This document shows, piece after piece, positions 60,232 through 64,000 of a stretch of 64,000 bases of DNA (position 1 is the first letter of the stretch; every line of letters starts with the position of its first letter). The stretch lies in contig OZ250153.1 of assembly GCA_965237805.1 (NCBI GenBank), positions 32,001 through 96,000 on the forward strand, written 5' to 3'. The DNA comes from Gammaproteobacteria bacterium. Its GTDB lineage: Bacteria; Pseudomonadota; Gammaproteobacteria; JABABF01. The translations under genes and the position numbers were made by a program. The notes beneath the pieces are model-generated. The model was given only the letters and a program-made list of their open reading frames with translations. It ran no database searches and was not told the origin of the DNA.

Positions 60232-61299
60232 ATGGCTCCATTGCTGGCCACGCCATCGGCATCGTCGCGCACAGTGTGGTGCTGTCTGGCACTGGCCGCG
60301 TTCGTCTCGCTGTGCTCCTGCATCGATGCGAGGCGTGATGTCTGGCAGCTTGATGGCGCTTCGATGGGGACGGCCTACCATGTCACCATTGTCGCGCCGA
60401 CGGGTGCCAGCCGCGCCCTGAGAGCGGAGCTGGAGGCGGGCATCGAGCGACAGCTGCGGCGTCTAGAGCGAGCGATGAGCAGCTATATGCCAGATTCCGA
60501 GCTGTCGCGTTTTAACCGTGCGGCGGCGGGGACTTGGCAACCAGTGTCCAGCGCCACGGTGGCGGTGGTGGCACTGGCGCAGGATGTCGCCGAGCTCAGC
60601 GGCGGTGCCTTTGATATTACGGTCGGCGGTCTGGTCGATTTGTGGGGTTTTGGCGCGATACCGGCGGCCTCGCCTTGGCGACCGCCGAGCACGCTAAGCC
60701 TACAGACAGCGCATGCGGCCACTGGCTACCGGCGGCTGCAATGGCGCGCAACGCCACCAGCACTGCGCAAACTTGCGCCGCTACAGCTGGATCTCTCAGC
60801 CGTCGCCAAGGGCTACGCCGTGGATCGGGTCGCCGACTATCTGCGCAGCCACGGGCTGAGCCGCTATCTGGTCGAGCTCGGCGGTGAGCTGCGCGCACAG
60901 GGGCAAGGTCCCACAGGGCGTGCTTGGCGGCTGGGCATTGAGCGACCCGATTCCGCGCCGGGCACCGTGCAACGCGTTCTCCATATCGATGGTGCCGCCG
61001 TCGCGACCTCGGGCGATTACCGCAATTACCGCCGCTGGCGCGGTCAGCGTTATTCGCATAGTATGGATCCGCGCCGCGGTCGACCGGTGCGCCACGCTTT
61101 GGCTTCGGTCACAGTGGTGGCGCGACGGGCGGCGCGAGCCGATGCCTTGGCCACGGCTCTGCATGTGCTGGGACCGGAGCCGGGTCGGCAGTTGGCTGAG
61201 CGACATGGACTGGCCGCATTCTTTATCATACGTTCGGCAACGGGCGACTGGGAAGATTACGCCACTCCGGCGATGGCCGCTTTTCTGCCGCCGCGCTGA
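60232..61299 (+). CDS. apbE: FAD:protein FMN transferase (lipoprotein)
   Basis: MGTAY, SELSRFN, GAFDITVG, DLSAVAKGYAVD, ATSGDYR, ADALATA. Confidence 0.93.
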   Translation: MAPLLATPSASSRTVWCCLALAAFVSLCSCIDARRDVWQLDGASMGTAYHVTIVAPTGASRALRAELEAGIERQLRRLERAMSSYMPDSELSRFNRAAAGTWQPVSSATVAVVALAQDVAELSGGAFDITVGGLVDLWGFGAIPAASPWRPPSTLSLQTAHAATGYRRLQWRATPPALRKLAPLQLDLSAVAKGYAVDRVADYLRSHGLSRYLVELGGELRAQGQGPTGRAWRLGIERPDSAPGTVQRVLHIDGAAVATSGDYRNYRRWRGQRYSHSMDPRRGRPVRHALASVTVVARRAARADALATALHVLGPEPGRQLAERHGLAAFFIIRSATGDWEDYATPAMAAFLPPR

Positions 61300-61321
61300 G
61301 CCTGAGGCGAATCCCACAAAG

Positions 61322-61483
61322 ATGTCTTTAATCCCCATTACTTTTGCGGTTTTTCTGCTGGCCTTCATCGGTCTTGGCGCGGGCTTGTGGCTCAGCGGGC
61401 GCCCCTTGCGCGGCTCCTGCGGCGGCGATCGTTGCGGCCTGTGCGCACGGCGCGGGGGTTGTCCCCGGCGTGCCGCGGGCTGA
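61322..61483 (+). CDS. nqrM: Na+-NQR maturation protein NqrM
   Basis: TM helix then RPLRGSCGG and a Cys cluster; immediately after apbE. Confidence 0.8.
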   Translation: MSLIPITFAVFLLAFIGLGAGLWLSGRPLRGSCGGDRCGLCARRGGCPRRAAG

Positions 61484-61494
61484 GCGCAGCCACT

Positions 61495-62724
61495 GTGTTT
61501 AGGCCTCTGTCGATCTGCATCGCGTGGCACCTGTTCCGGGGTGGTCGCCGCGAGCGCTTCATGTCCTTGGTCGCGGTCACCGCCTTTGCTGCCATGGCTT
61601 TGGGCGTGGCGGTTCTGATCGTGGTGTTGTCGGTGATGGGTGCGATGGCAGAGCAGACCCAGCAGCGTCTGTTGCGCGCACTGCCGCATATGACCATCGA
61701 GAGCGACAGCGGTGGGCGCGACTGGCGCGAGCTGTCCGCCCGCATCGCCACCTTGCCCGGCATTGAGCGCACGGCACCCATCAGTCGGCGTCAGGTATTG
61801 CTTTCATTCCGCGATGGCGATTACAGCAGCGCTGAGCTGCGCGGCGTGGCTCCCGGTGGCGAGCTGCTGTTGGATGATTTCGAGGGGGGCGATCCGTTGG
61901 TCGGCAGCGATTATGGTTTGGTGTTGCAATACCAGTTGGCGCAACGTTTGGGTGCCGTGCCCGGCGATTTGATCACCGTGCTGTTGCCGAGCTTGCGGCC
62001 TTCAGTTTTTGGCCCGCTGCCGCGTCAGCGGCGCTTCCATCTGCGCGCCGTACTGCCACCCAATGCCGCACCGGGATCAGCGCTGGCGCTGGCTCGTCTG
62101 GAAGATGTCAACCGTCTGTTGTACCTCCCTGCGGAGCCGACTGTGGCCAGTAGTTTAGCTTTGCAGTTGGCGCAGCCGATGCGTAGTGCTGAGTTGACGC
62201 AACGCATTGCGCCACTGTTGGCGGACGGTATGCACAGTGCCGATTGGCGTCAGACACACGGTGCCACTTTCCGCGCCATGGCTTTGGAGCGCACGGTGGT
62301 CTCGTTACTGTTGATGCTGGTCATCATCATCGCCGCTTCAAATCTGGTCGCCATGTTGCAGTTGTCGGTCAGCGCGCATCAGCGCTCCATCGCCCTGTTG
62401 CGCACACTGGGCGCGACGCCACAGCTGCTGTGGCGCAGCTTCGCCGCCCACGGTCTGTTGTTGGGCGCTGCTGGCATTGCTATCGGCTGCGCCCTCAGCC
62501 TCGGCTTGGTGCATTTGCTCAGCGGCAACGATCCCCTGCAGTTATCGCTCACTGGGGCATCTCACACGCCGTTGATATTGTGGTTGCCAGCCCGGGTGGA
62601 ATGGACAGAAGTCGTGCTGGTGGTCGGTAGCGCGTTGTTGCTGTCGTTGCCAGCGGTGTTGCTGGCGGCACACCGTTTACTCGGTGCAGTACCCGACCCG
62701 GAGATTTTGAATCGTGCTGGATGA
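61495..62724 (+). CDS. lolC: Lipoprotein-releasing ABC permease LolC
   Basis: FMSLV...ALGVAVLIVVLSVMG, DWRQTHG..FRAMALE, IALLRTLGA; GTG start inferred. Confidence 0.85.
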   Translation: MFRPLSICIAWHLFRGGRRERFMSLVAVTAFAAMALGVAVLIVVLSVMGAMAEQTQQRLLRALPHMTIESDSGGRDWRELSARIATLPGIERTAPISRRQVLLSFRDGDYSSAELRGVAPGGELLLDDFEGGDPLVGSDYGLVLQYQLAQRLGAVPGDLITVLLPSLRPSVFGPLPRQRRFHLRAVLPPNAAPGSALALARLEDVNRLLYLPAEPTVASSLALQLAQPMRSAELTQRIAPLLADGMHSADWRQTHGATFRAMALERTVVSLLLMLVIIIAASNLVAMLQLSVSAHQRSIALLRTLGATPQLLWRSFAAHGLLLGAAGIAIGCALSLGLVHLLSGNDPLQLSLTGASHTPLILWLPARVEWTEVVLVVGSALLLSLPAVLLAAHRLLGAVPDPEILNRAG

Positions 62725-63397
62725 TGTCGTGTTGCGGGCCGCAGGGCTCTCCAAGCACTATCGTGACGGCAGCCGCAAACTGCAGGTGCTGTGCGATGTT
62801 GATCTATCCCTAGCCGCTGCTGAGCGGGTGGCGGTGGTCGGTGCATCCGGCTCCGGAAAATCTACGCTGCTACAGCTGTTGGCTGGCTTGGACACGCCCA
62901 GCGCTGGCGAGGTCTGGGTCTCTGGGCAGTCCTTGGGTGCGCTCGACGAATCCGAGCGCGGCGCATGGCGTAATCGCCAGCTCGGTTTTGTCTACCAATA
63001 CCACCATTTGCTGGCCGAATTCAATGCCTTGGAAAATATCGGTTTGCCATTGTTATTGCAGGGGAGCTCCGTGCGCGCTGCGCAGCACCGTGCGCGCGAA
63101 TTGCTAGAGCGTGTGGGGTTGGGTGCGCGCGGCGAGCATCTGCCAGCCGAGCTGTCCGGCGGCGAGCGGCAACGTGTCGCGGTGGCGCAGTCGCTGATCA
63201 CGCGACCGCGCTGTGTGTTGATGGATGAGCCCACTGGCAATCTGGATGCGAGTGCCGCCGCCGCGGTGTACGAATTGATCATGGAGTTGAACCGCGAGGT
63301 TGGCACCGCTTTTCTGCTGGCCACCCACAACATGGAATTGGCCGCCAGTACCGATCGCGTGCTACGGCTCTCCGACGGCGTGCTCGGCGCGGACTGA
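62714..63397 (+). CDS. lolD: Lipoprotein-releasing ABC ATPase LolD
   Basis: GASGSGKST, GFVYQYHHLL, LSGGERQRVA, DEPTGNLD. Confidence 0.93.
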   Translation: MLDDVVLRAAGLSKHYRDGSRKLQVLCDVDLSLAAAERVAVVGASGSGKSTLLQLLAGLDTPSAGEVWVSGQSLGALDESERGAWRNRQLGFVYQYHHLLAEFNALENIGLPLLLQGSSVRAAQHRARELLERVGLGARGEHLPAELSGGERQRVAVAQSLITRPRCVLMDEPTGNLDASAAAAVYELIMELNREVGTAFLLATHNMELAASTDRVLRLSDGVLGAD

Positions 63398-63410
63398 AGG
63401 GCCACCTCAG

Positions 63411-64000
63411 ATGCCGCTGCCATTGTCGCTACGCCTCGGTTTGCGCGGCCTGTTCGGCGGTGTGGCCGGAAGTGGTATCGCCACGCCGATCTCGAGTCTG
63501 GCCATCGCCATGGCGGTGTTGGTTGTCACGCTGTCAGTGGTCAATGGTTTTGAACGAGTGCTGCGCGAGCGCTTGCTGATCCTGGTGCCGCAGATCACAC
63601 TGTCCGCTGATGGCCCGCTCGCACAGTGGCCCGCGCTACTGGACGAGCTGCACTCCCAGCTCGGTCCGGCCTTGCTGGCTGCGGAGCCAGTGGTCTATCT
63701 GCCGACCATGCTGAGTGCCTCGGGCCGGGTCGCTGCCGCCTTGGTGCAGGGCGTGCCGCACGGGGGGGGCACGGAGGCCAGCTTCACCCCCTATCTGCGC
63801 GCGACCGACGGCACCGCGCTGGCTGAGTATGGCATTGTGCTAGGGGATGCGCTGGCCGAAACGTTGGCGCTAGGCGTGGGCGATCAGCTGAGTCTGCTGG
63901 TCGGGGGCGGGGGTTTTCGCGCGGTGCGCGGTGCGCGTTTCACGGTACGTGGTGTGGTCGATAGCGGCACCAGCATCGACAGTGGTCTCGCCCTGATCGA
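63411..64000 (+). CDS. lolE: Lipoprotein-releasing ABC permease LolE, partial
   Basis: Manual translation: ...AIAMAVLVVTLSVVNGFERVLRERLLILVPQIT...GIVLGDALA..LGVGD; runs off the window end. Confidence 0.82.
   Translation, partial: MPLPLSLRLGLRGLFGGVAGSGIATPISSLAIAMAVLVVTLSVVNGFERVLRERLLILVPQITLSADGPLAQWPALLDELHSQLGPALLAAEPVVYLPTMLSASGRVAAALVQGVPHGGGTEASFTPYLRATDGTALAEYGIVLGDALAETLALGVGDQLSLLVGGGGFRAVRGARFTVRGVVDSGTSIDSGLALI

Overview
GC-rich gammaproteobacterial chromosome segment, probably marine (complete Na+-NQR) and from a fast-evolving, possibly host-associated lineage; both points are inference. Most of it is core genome: rne (5' part), uvrB, thrS-infC-rpmI-rplT-pheST-ihfA-merR, mdh/bioA, yadGH-like ABC, acpP-fabF-mltG-tmk-holB, tatD, topA, csiV, exeAB, mfd, gap, nqrA-F-apbE-nqrM, lolCDE and six tRNA genes. 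Accessory material clusters at tRNA 3' ends. (1) At tRNA-Asn lies an AT-rich, deletion-riddled fossil of a defence island (type I R-M hsdM plus DUF3800 remnants) that the ORF track shows only as unannotated fragments. (2) At tRNA-Pro is a four-gene module of two secreted Cys-rich DUF3604 PHP-like metallohydrolases, a parvulin-type foldase and a HupE/UreJ membrane protein. This is the best candidate for an uncharacterised system, and its first ORF is open through the tRNA gene. (3) At tRNA-Ser is an orphan Rieske dioxygenase alpha/beta pair. Also notable: a minimal glycosylation locus (priming transferase, two tandem O-antigen-ligase/O-OTase-like proteins, DHH phosphoesterase), a cytoplasmic GH84 O-GlcNAcase-like gene overlapping holB, IF3 with a probable AUC start and a repeat-bearing C-terminal tail, and two tRNAs lacking encoded CCA. 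No CRISPR array, integrase or intact IS was seen. All family calls are by motif recognition, not database search.
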